DNA from: Octopus bimaculoides
Taxonomy: Eukaryota
Direction of reading: 5' to 3'
NCBI RefSeq assembly: GCF_001194135.2
Contig: NC_068986.1
Coordinates: 76,615,401-76,679,400 of the forward strand
DNA length: 64,000 nucleotides
The notes under the pieces were generated by a model that worked only from the letters and a program-made list of their open reading frames with translations, ran no database searches and was not told where the DNA came from. Made by a program: the position numbers and the translations under genes. Below, piece by piece: positions 63,961-64,000 of the stretch (the stretch's first letter is position 1; each line of letters starts with the position of its first letter).

Positions 63961-64000
63961 CATTTTTGCATAATTTTGATGACAATATATTCATTACAGC

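Overview
AT-rich eukaryotic genomic DNA from a draft assembly with 12 N-gaps, mostly next to microsatellites. The repeat content (tRNA-headed SINEs, RTE-type 3' ends with (GAT)n tails, dense (CA)/(TA)/(AAT) tracts) looks like an octopus or other coleoid cephalopod genome; this is an inference. One host gene is supported: a + strand BCR/ABR-like Dbl-homology (RhoGEF) gene. Four phase-compatible DH exons (52990-53136, 54451-54636, 58788-58830, 59434-59486) are clear, one upstream acidic exon (41482-41681) is probable, and one DH exon appears to be missing near an N-gap. Most of the rest is transposon debris: Gypsy, RTE, CR1, R4/Dong, HERO and Penelope-like retroelements, mariner/maT elements, piggyBac-type MITEs and SINEs. 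Most short ORFs in the supplied track are microsatellite artefacts. The most interesting observations are: (1) an intact THAP zinc-finger mini-gene with promoter-like motifs, a 71-nt intron and polyA signals, whose donor could splice in frame to the DH exons; (2) a chain of five overlapping palindromes next to a mariner end; (3) a 100% identical 175-bp inverted repeat pair bracketing the DH exon cluster; (4) a ~270-bp foldback hairpin; and (5) decayed hammerhead-like motifs. No prokaryote-type system such as CRISPR or an operon is supported. All alignments and translations were done by eye, and repeat boundaries are approximate unless a TSD or TIR is cited.
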